Of a DNA stretch of 64,000 nt, positions 27,179-38,147 are shown piece by piece (positions within the stretch are counted from its first letter, which is position 1; every line of letters starts with the position of its first letter). The notes below the pieces were generated by a model. The model saw only the letters and a program-made list of their open reading frames with translations, searched no databases and was not told where the DNA came from. Location: contig NZ_SMNA01000007.1 in NCBI RefSeq assembly GCF_004353825.1, positions 62,001 to 126,000 of the forward strand. The letters run 5' to 3'. This DNA is from Occultella glacieicola (GTDB lineage: Bacteria; Actinomycetota; Actinomycetes; Actinomycetales; Beutenbergiaceae). The translations under genes and the position numbers were made by a program.

Positions 27179-29528
27179 CCGGTTCGAGCGGCTCCTGGTT
27201 CGCCCGGATCAGGTCGGCGGGCTCGAGCGCGAGCATCCAGGTGGCGCAGGCTGCGAGCAGCAGCGGCACCGTGACCGACACCCCGATGGCCGGGATGGCG
27301 ATCCCGGAGTCGTTGACCAGCAGGCCGAGGCCCAGGGCAACGCCGATCGCGATGATGCCCGGGGGCAGCATCGGGGAGTCCTTACCCATCCGGGAGATCG
27401 GGGTGCCGGCGGAGAGCCAGTCGTACCCGCCACCGCCCGGGGAGGTGATCGCGCCGCGGATCGGCCGGGAGAGCACGAACACGACGGTCAGCACCCCGCA
27501 GATCGCGAGGATCGTCAGCGGCCGGTTCCCGAACAGGATGGTGATGTTCTGGTCCAGTTTGCGCGCGATCACCGGCCACAGCCCGCCGTCGAGCACGGTC
27601 TGGAAGAAGCGGCCGAGGTGGGTGCGCTCGTCCGGTGGGCGTAGCCAGTCGACGAACGCGAGGCTGATGGTGGCGGCCGCCGCCGCCGCCAGGACCACCA
27701 GGACCCGGCGCCAGGTGAGCCCGATGCCGGCCGCCATGAGGGCGAGCAGCCCGTACGCGGGCAGCAGCGCCGGCGGGCCACCGAAGTCCGCGCCGATGCC
27801 CGGGGCGCCGTCGATGACCGCGGCGACGATCCCGATGATGAGCACGATCACCCCGGCGAGCTTGCGCCGTCCCGCCGCGACCAGCGGGTTCGCGATGGCG
27901 ACCGTGACCAGCAGGGTGGACACGGTGAACAGCGAGAACGAGGTGTTGTTCATGCCGTAGAACCGGCCGGCGACGAGCGTCGGCACCCCCATCACGGCCG
28001 AGATCTGCAGCGTCGCCCCGGTGATCACGTCCACGGTGAGCACCCCCGCGGTCACCGCCGCCACCCAGGTGGCCGGGCCGAGGACCCGTCGGCGCCAGGG
28101 CCCGATGAGCGCGATCGTGACGATCAGGGCCACCCAGCCCAGCGTGATCACGGCCAGCCCGAGCGCCGGTGGCGTGGCCCGCCACCACGGCAGCAGGTTC
28201 GCCAGGAACGAGGAGACCGGCAGCGCCCCGATGGACAGCGCGACGACCCGCAGCAGCCGTAGCACCCCGGACCGGGCGACCACGAGGTTCTCGTCGGCCC
28301 GGCGGCGCGGGAAGCGCCGGGCCAGGAAGGCCCGGATCCGGGTCGCGGCCGGACGCTTCAGACCCAGGGCGACCGCGGCGAACAGGGCGAGGTTGAGGAC
28401 CACGAGGATCGAGTAGTAGGTGGGCACCAGCGGCCGCACGGCCTGCGCGTGCAGCTCGTCGTCGAGCAGGCGGTCGATCCGGTCGACGGCGGCACCCGGG
28501 TCCGCGAGTGCCCGCGCCGGAGCGCCGATCGTGACCCCGGTCGGGATCGCGTCGGTGATGCCGAGCAGCCCGGTGAGGGTGGGCTGCTGGTCGGTCGCGA
28601 GGACGTAGCCGTCCTGCCGCGTCGAGGAGGAGGTGAGCACGGCCTGGTCCTGGCCCGGGCCACTGACCGCGAGTACGCGCAGGCCCGGGCCGCCACCGGA
28701 GTCGGAGATCCCGGACAGGATGATCACCGGGTCGGTCCCGGAGTCGAGGATGCCCTGGACGATCGCGGCCACGTGCTCGTCGGCGACCTGGACCTGGTTC
28801 GCGTGGTACTGCTCGGTCGTGACCGGGCCGGGGGCGTCCTGGATGTCGCCGGCGTCGATCACCACCAGCCGGGAGCGCTCGAGCGCGATGGCCGTCTGGG
28901 TGGTCCACTCCTCGGCGTCGGTCGGCTGACGGAGGTGGTCCTGGGTGTGGCCGGTGGAGTCGGCGAGCGCGATCGCGGCACCCGGCCCGATGCTGGTCGC
29001 GGGGGTGCCCGTGCTCGCGACCGCGTCGCCGAGCAACCCGAGCCGGGCGTCGAAGTTCTCCTCGGCGGCCGCCGTGGTGTAGTCGAGCCACCCCGGCACG
29101 GCCCCCTCCTGCCCGACCTCGAGCAGGTCGCGGCACGGGTCCTGGGAGTCCGCGGCCCGGGTGCCCGAGGAGATGGCCAGCCAGCCGTCGGCGGGGCACG
29201 ACGAGGTGTGCACGCTGCGGACCACGAGCGAGCCGACCGAGTCCTGGGCCAGCGACCACAGGGCCGGGGTCTGCGGGGTGATGTCGGCCCAGGCGAGGCC
29301 GGCCACCCCGATCATCACGACCGGCCGGTCGGTGCCGGCCTCCCGGGGCGCCCCGCCCGTGGTGAGCGTCCCCGCCGGACCCGGCCGGTCGCCGTCGGGC
29401 GTCGCCGTGGCGCCCATCGCCGGGGTGAGCAGGAACAGCCCGACGGCGCACGCGGCGACCACGAGGGCGCGCCACAGGGGCGGCAGGGAGCGCGCGTTCG
29501 GCGCCGGGGTCGTCGTGCTCGGGGTCAT
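27108..29528 (-). CDS. Large membrane protein: exported alkaline-phosphatase-like domain + multi-TM C-terminal half
   Basis: N-terminal signal/anchor, about 330-aa soluble domain, then about 11 hydrophobic segments with GRFYGMNN, GADFGG, THLGRF and NDSG motifs. Confidence 0.75.
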   Translation of the reverse strand: MTPSTTTPAPNARSLPPLWRALVVAACAVGLFLLTPAMGATATPDGDRPGPAGTLTTGGAPREAGTDRPVVMIGVAGLAWADITPQTPALWSLAQDSVGSLVVRSVHTSSCPADGWLAISSGTRAADSQDPCRDLLEVGQEGAVPGWLDYTTAAAEENFDARLGLLGDAVASTGTPATSIGPGAAIALADSTGHTQDHLRQPTDAEEWTTQTAIALERSRLVVIDAGDIQDAPGPVTTEQYHANQVQVADEHVAAIVQGILDSGTDPVIILSGISDSGGGPGLRVLAVSGPGQDQAVLTSSSTRQDGYVLATDQQPTLTGLLGITDAIPTGVTIGAPARALADPGAAVDRIDRLLDDELHAQAVRPLVPTYYSILVVLNLALFAAVALGLKRPAATRIRAFLARRFPRRRADENLVVARSGVLRLLRVVALSIGALPVSSFLANLLPWWRATPPALGLAVITLGWVALIVTIALIGPWRRRVLGPATWVAAVTAGVLTVDVITGATLQISAVMGVPTLVAGRFYGMNNTSFSLFTVSTLLVTVAIANPLVAAGRRKLAGVIVLIIGIVAAVIDGAPGIGADFGGPPALLPAYGLLALMAAGIGLTWRRVLVVLAAAAAATISLAFVDWLRPPDERTHLGRFFQTVLDGGLWPVIARKLDQNITILFGNRPLTILAICGVLTVVFVLSRPIRGAITSPGGGGYDWLSAGTPISRMGKDSPMLPPGIIAIGVALGLGLLVNDSGIAIPAIGVSVTVPLLLAACATWMLALEPADLIRANQEPLEPVSARGRRPARPHRKARLPRSDRG

Positions 29529-29673
29529 CGCACCTCAGCGTAGAGGCGCGATGCGAAGGAATCGTGCGGGGGTGCGGGGGATTCGTGCGCCCGGGCGGCG
29601 CCGATGAACGGCTGTGATTGCGCTCTCGGCGATCCCGAGGACATCGGGCCTAGCATCCACACCGGCGGTCCGG

Positions 29674-29824
29674 TACTGTTTCCGCTTGAGGTTGCAGTGC
29701 ATCGCACGTCTTGACGTCGACCTTCGCAGGTCGGCGTCGTTCTTCTTACCGGAGAGTGACGAACGACACCGTGGCCGCGGGCTCGACAAGCGGTCCCGCG
29801 ACAACACTCCCGAAGGAGAACAAT
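29674..29824 (+). promoter_or_regulatory. Cold-shock gene promoter and long structured 5' UTR
   Basis: TACTGT -10 at 29674, hairpin GACGTCGACCT-TCGC-AGGTCGGCGTC (29713-29738), AAGGAG RBS. Confidence 0.5.
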
Positions 29825-30028
29825 ATGACCACCGGAATCGTGAAGTGGTTCAACGCCGAGAAGGGCTTCGGCTTCATCGCCCCCGAGGATGGCAGCGCCG
29901 ACGTGTTCGCGCACTACTCCGCCATCGCCACGAGCGGCTACCGCACGCTCGAGGAGAACCAGCGGGTCGAGTTCGAGGTGACGCAGGGCCCCAAGGGCCC
30001 GCAGGCCTCGGACATCCGTCCCCTCTGA
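29825..30028 (+). CDS. cspA: Cold-shock protein
   Basis: [30 protein letters not shown]; 67 aa. Confidence 0.97.
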   Translation: MTTGIVKWFNAEKGFGFIAPEDGSADVFAHYSAIATSGYRTLEENQRVEFEVTQGPKGPQASDIRPL

Positions 30029-30069
30029 GTTTCGCTCGCGGGGCCGTCCGAGCCCCCCGTTAGAACTCT

Positions 30070-30107
30070 GCGAAGCGCACCATCCCCTCGGGGGTGGTGC
30101 GCTTCGC
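30070..30107. terminator. Hairpin terminator between csp and the DAGK-like gene
   Basis: GCGAAGCGCACCA...TGGTGCGCTTCGC stem. Confidence 0.7.
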
Positions 30108-30131
30108 CCGTTCCGGGCCACCGACGGGCCA

Positions 30132-31313
30132 CTAACTCGACGGTGCGGGCGGGAGGGGCCGGCTGTCCGCCGCATCGTTGGTTCGCACGTACAGCCCGGC
30201 CGGCTCCACCCGCACCCGCAGCCCGATCGCCTCGCCGATGAGGTCGCCGTCGACCTGGACGTGCGCGGGCTCCTCGATGAGCACCCGGACCTGCTTGCCG
30301 CGCCAGAACTCGATCGTGCTCGGACTGTTCGGCAGTTGCCGGCGGATCCCCAGGCCCTGCCCGACAACCTGACCGAAGAGTGAGGCCCACCCGAACAGGC
30401 CGCCCCGGGTGTCCAGGGCGGCGATGTCCAACCAGCCGTCGTTGATCTCGGCGTCGGGCAGCAGCACGATCCCACCGGGTAGGCGGCCGCAGTTCGCGAA
30501 CAGCAGGCTGCGCAGCCGCAGTTGCTGACCGGGGGCCTCGTCCACGGTCATCCGGAGCCGGACCTTGCGGCCGTGCAGGTGCCGGGCCCCGGCCAGGAAG
30601 TACGCGAACCAGCCCATCCGGGCCTTCAGCTGGTCGTCCGCGCCGGCCACCATCGCGGCGTCGAACCCGACGCCCGCCATCACCAGGAACAGATGCTCGT
30701 CCTCGTCGACGGGTGCGGCGCCGTCGACCGGGTCCACCTCGCCGTCGGTGGGCCGCAGCCGTTCGGGCCGGACCCAGCCGATGTCGATCGGGTGGTCGGT
30801 GCCGGTCACCGCGGTCCGGATCAGGCTGCGGGTGCCGTCGATCGGCAGGTCGAGGTTGCGGGCGAGCAGGTTCCCCGTGCCCAGCGGCAGCAGCCCCATC
30901 GGCGTGGTCGTGCCGATCAGGGCCTTCGCCACCGCCCGGACGGTGCCGTCACCACCGGCCGCGACCACCACGGACGCGCCCGCCGCCACGGCGTCGCGCG
31001 CCTGGCCGAGGCCCGGGTCGGCCACCGTGGTCTCGTACCAGAGCGGTTCGGGCAGGCCGGCCTCGGCGCAGACCTGTTCGACGGCGGCCCGCAGCCGGCG
31101 CGGGTCGCTCGCCTTGATCGGGTTCACCACGAAGGCGGGCGGCCCGGTCGGCACTGTGGGATCCGCGGCCTCGACGGTGCCCGCGCCGAGGGAGGGCACC
31201 CGCTGGTTGCGCTCGGAGATCCGGCGCAGCAGCACCAGGCCCACCACCACCGCGACGAGCGCCAGGACGAGCGCGACGACGCTCACCGCCTGTTCCCAGG
31301 TCATGGCCTGCAT
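30132..31313 (-). CDS. Diacylglycerol kinase family protein with N-terminal TM anchor
   Basis: [43 protein letters not shown]7-ATG supports start 31313. Confidence 0.9.
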   Translation of the reverse strand: MQAMTWEQAVSVVALVLALVAVVVGLVLLRRISERNQRVPSLGAGTVEAADPTVPTGPPAFVVNPIKASDPRRLRAAVEQVCAEAGLPEPLWYETTVADPGLGQARDAVAAGASVVVAAGGDGTVRAVAKALIGTTTPMGLLPLGTGNLLARNLDLPIDGTRSLIRTAVTGTDHPIDIGWVRPERLRPTDGEVDPVDGAAPVDEDEHLFLVMAGVGFDAAMVAGADDQLKARMGWFAYFLAGARHLHGRKVRLRMTVDEAPGQQLRLRSLLFANCGRLPGGIVLLPDAEINDGWLDIAALDTRGGLFGWASLFGQVVGQGLGIRRQLPNSPSTIEFWRGKQVRVLIEEPAHVQVDGDLIGEAIGLRVRVEPAGLYVRTNDAADSRPLPPAPSS

Positions 31314-31398
31314 GACCAGCACGGTATCCCGCCGCTCGGACGGGTCCCCGCTCGCCGCCCCGCGCACCGCCGCGCCCGGGACCGATACGCTCGTGGGT

Positions 31399-32682
31399 GT
31401 GATCGATCTGAAGAGCCTTCGCGAGGATCCGGACGTCGCACGAGCGAGCCAACGGGCCCGCGGGGAGTCTCCCGGCCTGGTGGACAGGGTCCTCGACGCG
31501 GACGCCCGGCGACGCGCGCTGCTCACCGAGTTCGAGCGGCTGCGCGCGGAGCAGAAGGAAGTCTCCCGGTCCGTCGGGAAGGCGTCGCCGGAGGAGCGGT
31601 CGGCGATCCTGGGCCGGGCCAAGGAGCTCTCCGACCACGTCAAGGCGGCGGAGGCGGACGCCGACCGCGCGCGCGACGACCTGGACCGGCTGGTCGCCGG
31701 CTTCCCGAACATCGTGCTCGACGGCGTCCCGGCAGGCGGCGAGGACGACTACGTGGTGCTGCGCACCGAGGGCAGCCCGCGTGACTTCGCGGCGGAGGGG
31801 TTCACACCGCGCGACCACCTGGAGATCGGCGAGCTGCTCGGCGCGATCGACACCGAGCGCGGCGCGAAGGTCTCCGGCGCCCGGTTCTACTACCTCACCG
31901 GGATCGGTGCCCGCCTCGAGCTCGCGCTGCTGAATGCCGCCATCGACAAGGCCCTCGCGGCGGGGTTCACCCCGATGATCACGCCGACCCTGGTCAAGCC
32001 CGAGATCATGGCCGGCACCGGGTTCCTCGGCGCCCACGCCGACGAGATCTACCGCCTCGAGGCGGACGACCTGTACCTGGTCGGCACCTCCGAGGTCGCC
32101 CTGGCCGGCTACCACTCGCGCGAGATCCTCGACCTGAGTGCCGGGCCGAAGCGGTACGCCGGCTGGTCCGCCTGCTATCGCCGCGAGGCGGGCTCCTACG
32201 GCAAGGACACCCGCGGCATCATCCGGGTCCACCAGTTCCACAAGGTGGAGATGTTCTCCTACGCCCCGATCGAGGAGGCCGAGGCCGAGCACGCCCGCCT
32301 GCTCGCCTGGGAGGAGGAGATGCTCGCCGCCGCCGGTCTGCCCTACCGGGTGATCGACACGGCGGCCGGGGACCTCGGCACCAGCGCCGCCCGCAAGTTC
32401 GACTGCGAGGCCTGGCTGCCCACCCAGGGCCGCTACCTGGAACTGACCTCCACCTCGAACTGCACCACGTACCAGGCCCGCCGCCTCGGCATCCGCGAGC
32501 GGACGCTGTCGGGTACACGACCGGTGGCGACGCTGAACGGGACGCTCGCGACCACCCGCTGGCTCGTCGCGATCCTGGAGAACCACCAGTTGCCGGACGG
32601 GTCCGTGCGGGTCCCCGAGGGCCTGCGCGGCTACCTCGGCGGGCTCGAGGTGCTCGAGCCGGCCGCACCGGTGACTGCATGA
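31399..32682 (+). CDS. serS: Serine--tRNA ligase
   Basis: [62 protein letters not shown]. Confidence 0.98.
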   Translation: MIDLKSLREDPDVARASQRARGESPGLVDRVLDADARRRALLTEFERLRAEQKEVSRSVGKASPEERSAILGRAKELSDHVKAAEADADRARDDLDRLVAGFPNIVLDGVPAGGEDDYVVLRTEGSPRDFAAEGFTPRDHLEIGELLGAIDTERGAKVSGARFYYLTGIGARLELALLNAAIDKALAAGFTPMITPTLVKPEIMAGTGFLGAHADEIYRLEADDLYLVGTSEVALAGYHSREILDLSAGPKRYAGWSACYRREAGSYGKDTRGIIRVHQFHKVEMFSYAPIEEAEAEHARLLAWEEEMLAAAGLPYRVIDTAAGDLGTSAARKFDCEAWLPTQGRYLELTSTSNCTTYQARRLGIRERTLSGTRPVATLNGTLATTRWLVAILENHQLPDGSVRVPEGLRGYLGGLEVLEPAAPVTA

Positions 32683-33527
32683 GCGTGGCGTTCACCCCGG
32701 AGGCCCTCGCGGACCTGCGCCCCGGGCCGCAGCTGCTGGTCGCCCTCGACATCGACGGCACCATCCTCGGCCACGACGGCACGATGTCCGACGGCGTCAT
32801 CGCCGCGGTCGGTGACCTCGCCTCGAGCGGCACGCACGTCGTGCTCTCCACGGGCCGGTCGCTGCAGGCGGTCACTCCGATCCTGGCGCACCTGGGCCTG
32901 GCGACCGGGTGGGCGGTCTGCTCCAACGGCGCCGTCACGATCCGGTTGGACCCGGAGCTGGAGGGCGGCTACGAGATCAACGATGTCGCCACCTTCGACC
33001 CGGAGCCGACGCTGCGACTGCTGCGCGAGCACGCCCCGGACGTGCTGTTCGCCGTCGAGGAGCTCGGCCACGGGTTCAAGGTGACCGCACCGTTCCCGAT
33101 GGGCGAGCTCACCGGGGAGGTGCGCGTCGTCGACTTCGAGGAGTTGTGCGCGGCGCCGGCGTCCCGGCTCACGCTGCGCGCGCCCGACCTGGACGCGGAC
33201 GACTTCCACGACCTCGTCGAGCGCAGCGGGCTGCACGGCGTCAGCTACGCCGTCGGGTGGACCGCGTGGCTGGACATCGCACCGGAGGGCATCTCCAAGG
33301 CGAGCGCGCTCGAGGTGGTGCGCCAGCGCCTCGAGGTGCCGGAGGGGTCCACCCTGGCCGCCGGCGACGGCCGCAACGACATCGAGATGCTCGGCTGGGC
33401 CGGCGTCGGAGTGGCGATGGGCGGCGCCGACGCGGACACCCTCGCCGCGGCGGACGTGCACACCGGGCCGGTGGAGGACGATGGGCTGGTGCCGATCCTG
33501 AGGGCGGTCCTGCGCGGCGGGCGCTGA
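32679..33527 (+). CDS. Cof-type HAD hydrolase
   Basis: [32 protein letters not shown]. Confidence 0.92.
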   Translation: MSVAFTPEALADLRPGPQLLVALDIDGTILGHDGTMSDGVIAAVGDLASSGTHVVLSTGRSLQAVTPILAHLGLATGWAVCSNGAVTIRLDPELEGGYEINDVATFDPEPTLRLLREHAPDVLFAVEELGHGFKVTAPFPMGELTGEVRVVDFEELCAAPASRLTLRAPDLDADDFHDLVERSGLHGVSYAVGWTAWLDIAPEGISKASALEVVRQRLEVPEGSTLAAGDGRNDIEMLGWAGVGVAMGGADADTLAAADVHTGPVEDDGLVPILRAVLRGGR

Positions 33528-33546
33528 TAGGGCACACTGACGATCC

Positions 33547-34554
33547 GTGGCCCCAGACATCGATGACGTGGCGCGGGCGGCGGGAGTCTCGACGGCGACC
33601 GTCTCGCGCGCGCTGCGCGGGCTGCCGAACGTGCGCGAGTCCACACGCGCCCGCGTGCGCCTGGCCGCGATCGAGCTCGGGTACGCACCGTCCGCGTCCG
33701 CGGCGTCGCTGGCGTCCGGACGGACCCGCACGGTCGGGCTGCTGACGCCCTGGTTCCGGCGCTGGTTCCACGCGTCCGTCACCGAGGGGGCGGAGCGGGC
33801 CCTGCGGGCCGACGGCTTCGACGCCCTGCTGTACTCCTTCGAACTGGACGATCAGTTCCGGCGCTCGCGGGTGGACCCGTTCGTGCTGCGACGGCGGGTG
33901 GACGGGGTCCTGGTGGTCGGCATGACGCTCGACCCCGAGGAGATCGCGACCCTCGCGGGGCTGGAGGTGCCGCTCGTGTTCGTCGGGGCCGGGCCGCCCG
34001 AGCAGGTCACCGTCGGGGTCGACGACGACGCCGCAGCCCGGACCGCCACCAGGCACCTGCTCGCGCTCGGGCACACCCGGATCGGCTACCTCGGCGGTGC
34101 CCAGGCCGAACGGGCACCGTGGTCGCCACCGGTACTGCGGCTCGAGGGCTTCCGGGCCGAGCTCGCGGCAGCGGGCCTCGAGACGCGACCGGGGTGGCTG
34201 GTACACGGGCACTTCGGCATGACCGGTGGGCGCACGGCGTGCGGGGGCCTCCTGGATGCCCATCCGGACGTCACCGCGATCTTCGCGGCATCGGACGAGA
34301 TGGCGTTCGGCGCGATGCAGGCGATCCGGGACCGCGGACTCCGGGTCCCGGAGGACGTCTCCGTGATCGGGATCGACGGCCATGACCTCAGCGAGCTCGT
34401 CGGCCTGACCACGGTGGCGCAGGACGCGGTCGAGCAGGGGGCCGCTGCGGCCGCGCTCGTCCTCGAGATGCTCACGGGCACCCCGGTGGGCAACCGGCTG
34501 ACCTACCCGGTGTCCCTGATAGAGCGCTCTTCCACTGGAATACCGCCGATCTGA
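33547..34554 (+). CDS. LacI family transcriptional regulator
   Basis: IDDVARAAGVSTATVSRAL, AIFAASDEMAFG, VPEDVSVIGID. Confidence 0.95.
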   Translation: MAPDIDDVARAAGVSTATVSRALRGLPNVRESTRARVRLAAIELGYAPSASAASLASGRTRTVGLLTPWFRRWFHASVTEGAERALRADGFDALLYSFELDDQFRRSRVDPFVLRRRVDGVLVVGMTLDPEEIATLAGLEVPLVFVGAGPPEQVTVGVDDDAAARTATRHLLALGHTRIGYLGGAQAERAPWSPPVLRLEGFRAELAAAGLETRPGWLVHGHFGMTGGRTACGGLLDAHPDVTAIFAASDEMAFGAMQAIRDRGLRVPEDVSVIGIDGHDLSELVGLTTVAQDAVEQGAAAAALVLEMLTGTPVGNRLTYPVSLIERSSTGIPPI

Positions 34555-34606
34555 CCGTGATGGGATTGTTATGCGCTCAGGGCCTGATTCGCTTGCAGCG
34601 GCCCGC

Positions 34607-34620
34607 CGTAAGCGCTTGCA
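34607..34620. promoter_or_regulatory. Putative LacI-type operator
   Basis: CGTAAGCGCTTGCA with central AAGCGCTT. A related GATTCGCTTGCA lies at 34586-34597. Confidence 0.6.
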
Positions 34621-34684
34621 TGGGTAGGCGACAGCGCGGGTCCCGCGCTGTCGGCTTCCCGACGTGTAGCAGGAGGACAGCTCG

Positions 34685-36061
34685 ATGAAGAGGACGACGG
34701 CTCGGCGTACCGGCGCCGCAGTGGCGGGGGGCCTGGCGTTCGCGCTGGCCCTGACCGCATGTTCCGGCAGTGATCTCGGCGGCGGGGGCGACGACGGCGG
34801 CGACGGCGGCGGCGACGCGGCCTGTGAGGACTACGCCGACTACGGCACGTTCGAGGGTGACGAGGTGACCATCCTCTCCTCGATCCGTGAGCAGGAGGCG
34901 GACCAGATGGAGGACACCTTCGTCGACTTCGAGGAGTGCACCGGCATCGACGTCGTCCACAACGGCATCGGTGAGTTCGAGACCCAGGTGGTGGTGCAGG
35001 CCGAGGGTGGCAACGCACCGAACCTCGCGATCATCCCGCAGCCGGGGCTGCTTGCCCGGCTCGTGAACGACGGGTACATCCTCGAGCCCAACGAGCAGAC
35101 CGTGGCCAACGCCCAGGAGGGCTGGACCGAGGAGTGGCTCAACTACGGAACCGTCGACGGCACGTTCTACGCCGCGCCGTTGATGGCGTCGGTGAAGTCG
35201 TTCGTCTGGTACTCCCCGACGGCGTTCGAGGAGAACGGGTACGAGGTCCCCACCACCTGGGACGAACTGATCGCGCTGTCCGACCAGATCGTTGCCGATC
35301 ACGGCGGGGACGGCGTCGTGAAGCCGTGGTGCGCGGGCATCGAGTCGGGTGGGGCGACCGGCTGGCCGGCCACCGACTTCATCGAGGACATGGTCCTGCG
35401 TGAGGCCGGCCCGGAGGTCTACGACCAGTGGGTCACTCACGAGATCCCGTTCAACGACCCGCAGATCCTCGCGGCGACCGAGCGGGCCGGCTCCATCCTG
35501 CGCAACGAGGACTACGTCAACGGTGGCATCGGGGACTCCCGGTCGATCGCGACGACCTCGTTCAACGACGGCGGCCTGCCGATCCTCGAGGGCAACTGCT
35601 TCATGTACCGGATGGCCTCCTTCTACGAGGCGCAGTGGCCCGAGGGTACGGACGTCAGCCCTGAGGGCGACGCGTTCGCCTTCTACCTGCCGGGTGACGA
35701 CGCGGACTCCAAGCCGCTGCTGACCGCCGGCGAGTTCGTCGGAGCGTTCGACGACAACGAGGCGACCCAGGCCGTGCAGGCGTTCATGTCCTCCGGTGAG
35801 TGGGCCAACCTCCGTGTCACCATCGGCGGCGTCACCAGCGCCAACAACGCGGTGGACCCGGCGAACGCGTCCTCGGACGTGCTGCGACTGGCCATCGAGC
35901 TGCTGCAGGACCCCGACGCGGTGTCCCGCTTCGACGGCTCCGACCTGATGCCCTCGGCCGTTGGTGCCGGTTCGTTCTGGACCGGCATGACCGAGTGGAT
36001 CGACGGCGCGGACACCCAGACCGTGCTCGACCAGATCGAGGCGTCCTGGCCCGCGAGCTGA
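34685..36061 (+). CDS. Sugar (alpha-glucoside AglE-like) ABC substrate-binding lipoprotein
   Basis: Lipobox LTAC, VKSFVWYSP, PWCAGIESGGATGWPATD, RFDGSDLMPSAVG. Confidence 0.9.
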   Translation: MKRTTARRTGAAVAGGLAFALALTACSGSDLGGGGDDGGDGGGDAACEDYADYGTFEGDEVTILSSIREQEADQMEDTFVDFEECTGIDVVHNGIGEFETQVVVQAEGGNAPNLAIIPQPGLLARLVNDGYILEPNEQTVANAQEGWTEEWLNYGTVDGTFYAAPLMASVKSFVWYSPTAFEENGYEVPTTWDELIALSDQIVADHGGDGVVKPWCAGIESGGATGWPATDFIEDMVLREAGPEVYDQWVTHEIPFNDPQILAATERAGSILRNEDYVNGGIGDSRSIATTSFNDGGLPILEGNCFMYRMASFYEAQWPEGTDVSPEGDAFAFYLPGDDADSKPLLTAGEFVGAFDDNEATQAVQAFMSSGEWANLRVTIGGVTSANNAVDPANASSDVLRLAIELLQDPDAVSRFDGSDLMPSAVGAGSFWTGMTEWIDGADTQTVLDQIEASWPAS

Positions 36062-36078
36062 CCCGATGAGTTGATCGC

Positions 36079-36112
36079 CGTGGGGGCGGAACCGTTGGGT
36101 TCCGCCCCCACG
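36079..36112 (+). terminator. Intra-operon hairpin after the SBP gene (mRNA stabiliser/attenuator)
   Basis: CGTGGGGGCGGAACC-GTTG-GGTTCCGCCCCCACG 15-bp perfect stem. Confidence 0.7.
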
Positions 36113-36156
36113 CGCGACTGCCGGGTCCGGCTCGACCGACGAGAGGAGAACCGACG

Positions 36157-37140
36157 GTGGACTTCTTCCTGTACAACAAGTTCGGCCAGATGCTGCTCGT
36201 GATCATCGTGTTCGCAGCCCTGATCGCGGTACTGCTCGCGATCGCCTGGGCGGCCGACAGGTGGATCGGCAAGGGCCGGCGTTGGGCCGCGCTCGCGGTC
36301 TTCGGTGGGCCGGCGCTCCTGCTGCTCGCGGTCGGGCTCATCTGGCCGGCCATCCGCACGTTCTACATGTCCTTCTACGACGCGGGCACGAACAACGCCG
36401 TCGGCCTGCAGAACTACGTCTTCACCTTCACGAACACCGGCGCCGTGATCGCGTTCCGGAACACGTTCATCTGGGTGTTCCTGGTCCCGATCGCGTCCAC
36501 CCTGATCGGGCTGATCTACGCGATCCTGGTCGACAGGTCCAAGTTCGAGAAGATCGCGAAGTCGCTGCTGTTCCTGCCGATGGCGATCTCGTTCGTGGGC
36601 GCCGGCATCATCTGGAAGTTCGTCTACGAGTACCGGGGCGCGGCCCAGGAGCAGATCGGCCTGCTGAACGCGTTCATCACGTGGCTCGGCTTCGAGCCGG
36701 TGCGGTTCCTGCAGGACGCGCCGTGGAACACCCTGTTCCTCATCGCGGTGATGATCTGGATCCAGGCCGGGTTCGCGATGGTGATCCTGTCCGCCGCGAT
36801 CAAGGCCGTGCCGACGGACATCATCGAGGCGGCCCGGCTCGACGGCGTGAACGCGTGGGAGATGTTCCGGAACATCACGGTGCCGAGCATCCGCCCGTCG
36901 CTGGTCGTGGTGCTGACCACGATCTCGATCGCGACCCTGAAGATCTTCGACATCACCCGCACCATGACCGGTGCCCGGTTCGACACCCAGGTGCTGGCGA
37001 ACCAGATGTTCGACTACTCGTTCGTCTTCGGTGACAACGGCGTCGGTTCGGCGATGGCGGTTGCCATCTTCATCCTGGTCATCCCGCTGGTGGCCTACAA
37101 CATCAGGCAGATGGCCAAGAACAGGGCGGTGCGAGGATGA
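36157..37140 (+). CDS. Sugar ABC permease (AglF-like)
   Basis: LPMAISFVGA, WIQAGFAMVILSAAIK, EAARLDG. Confidence 0.93.
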   Translation: MDFFLYNKFGQMLLVIIVFAALIAVLLAIAWAADRWIGKGRRWAALAVFGGPALLLLAVGLIWPAIRTFYMSFYDAGTNNAVGLQNYVFTFTNTGAVIAFRNTFIWVFLVPIASTLIGLIYAILVDRSKFEKIAKSLLFLPMAISFVGAGIIWKFVYEYRGAAQEQIGLLNAFITWLGFEPVRFLQDAPWNTLFLIAVMIWIQAGFAMVILSAAIKAVPTDIIEAARLDGVNAWEMFRNITVPSIRPSLVVVLTTISIATLKIFDITRTMTGARFDTQVLANQMFDYSFVFGDNGVGSAMAVAIFILVIPLVAYNIRQMAKNRAVRG

Positions 37141-38069
37141 GCGTCGAAGCCACGGTCCCCGAGGTCGCGGACGTCGCCAACCGACGTACCCAGCGCCCCG
37201 CGGCGGCGACCAAGTTCCGTTCCCTGGTGACGAACCGGATCGGCAGTGCGGTCGCGGTGGTCATCGCCGTGCTGTGGACGATCCCCACGTTCGGGCTGCT
37301 GATCAGCTCGTTCCGCCCGGAGGCGGACATCAAGTCCAGCGGCTGGTGGACGTTCTTCTCCGATCCGTCGTTCACGCTCGAGAACTACCAGGAGGTGCTG
37401 TTCGGGCGTGCCTCGTCCGGGGCTCTGGCCACCTACTTCATCAACTCGCTGGTGATCACGGTGCCGGCCACGGTGATCCCGCTCGTGCTCGCCACGATGG
37501 CCGCGTACGCGTTCTCGGTGCTGGAGTGGCGGGGCCGGGACTGGGTGTTCGTCGGGGTGTTCGCGCTGCAGATCGTGCCACTGCAGATGGCCCTGATCCC
37601 GCTGCTGCGCCTGTTCTCGTCGAGCGAGCTGCTGGAGCCGTTCCCGTTCCTGTCCGTCTGGGTGGCGCACTCGATCTTCGCGCTGCCGCTCGCGGTCTTC
37701 CTGCTGCACAACTTCATGTCCGACGTGCCGAAGGAACTCGTGGAGGCCGCTCGCGTGGACGGCGCCGGACACGTGTCGGTGTTCCTGCGGATCATGTTGC
37801 CGCTGATGGCGCCGGCGATCGCCTCGTTCGCGATCTTCCAGTTCCTCTGGGTCTGGAACGACCTGCTCGTCGGTTTGACGTTCACCGGCGCGAACAACGC
37901 CATCCAGCCGCTCACGGCGCGACTGGCGGAGATGGCCGGGTCCCGTGGCCAGGACTGGCAGCTGCTCACGGCCGGCGCGTTCGTGTCGATCATCCTGCCG
38001 CTGATCGTGTTCCTGGCCCTGCAGCGCTACTTCGTCCGGGGCCTGCTCGCGGGGTCGGTCAAGGGCTGA
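37137..38069 (+). CDS. Sugar ABC permease (AglG-like)
   Basis: WTIPTFGLLISSFR, EAARVDGA, FQFLWVWNDL, LQRYFVRGLLAGSVKG. Confidence 0.93.
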   Translation: MSVEATVPEVADVANRRTQRPAAATKFRSLVTNRIGSAVAVVIAVLWTIPTFGLLISSFRPEADIKSSGWWTFFSDPSFTLENYQEVLFGRASSGALATYFINSLVITVPATVIPLVLATMAAYAFSVLEWRGRDWVFVGVFALQIVPLQMALIPLLRLFSSSELLEPFPFLSVWVAHSIFALPLAVFLLHNFMSDVPKELVEAARVDGAGHVSVFLRIMLPLMAPAIASFAIFQFLWVWNDLLVGLTFTGANNAIQPLTARLAEMAGSRGQDWQLLTAGAFVSIILPLIVFLALQRYFVRGLLAGSVKG

Positions 38070-38089
38070 CCCGGACCGCGCGCCCTGGA

Positions 38090-38147
38090 AGTCGCCAACG
38101 CATCGAATCAGTCGGGAAGAGCCGGCTGATTCGAGGCGTTGGCGACT
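38090..38147. repeat. 58-bp palindrome between convergent genes
   Basis: AGTCGCCAACGCATCGAATCAGTCGG-GAAGAG-CCGGCTGATTCGAGGCGTTGGCGACT. Confidence 0.65.
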
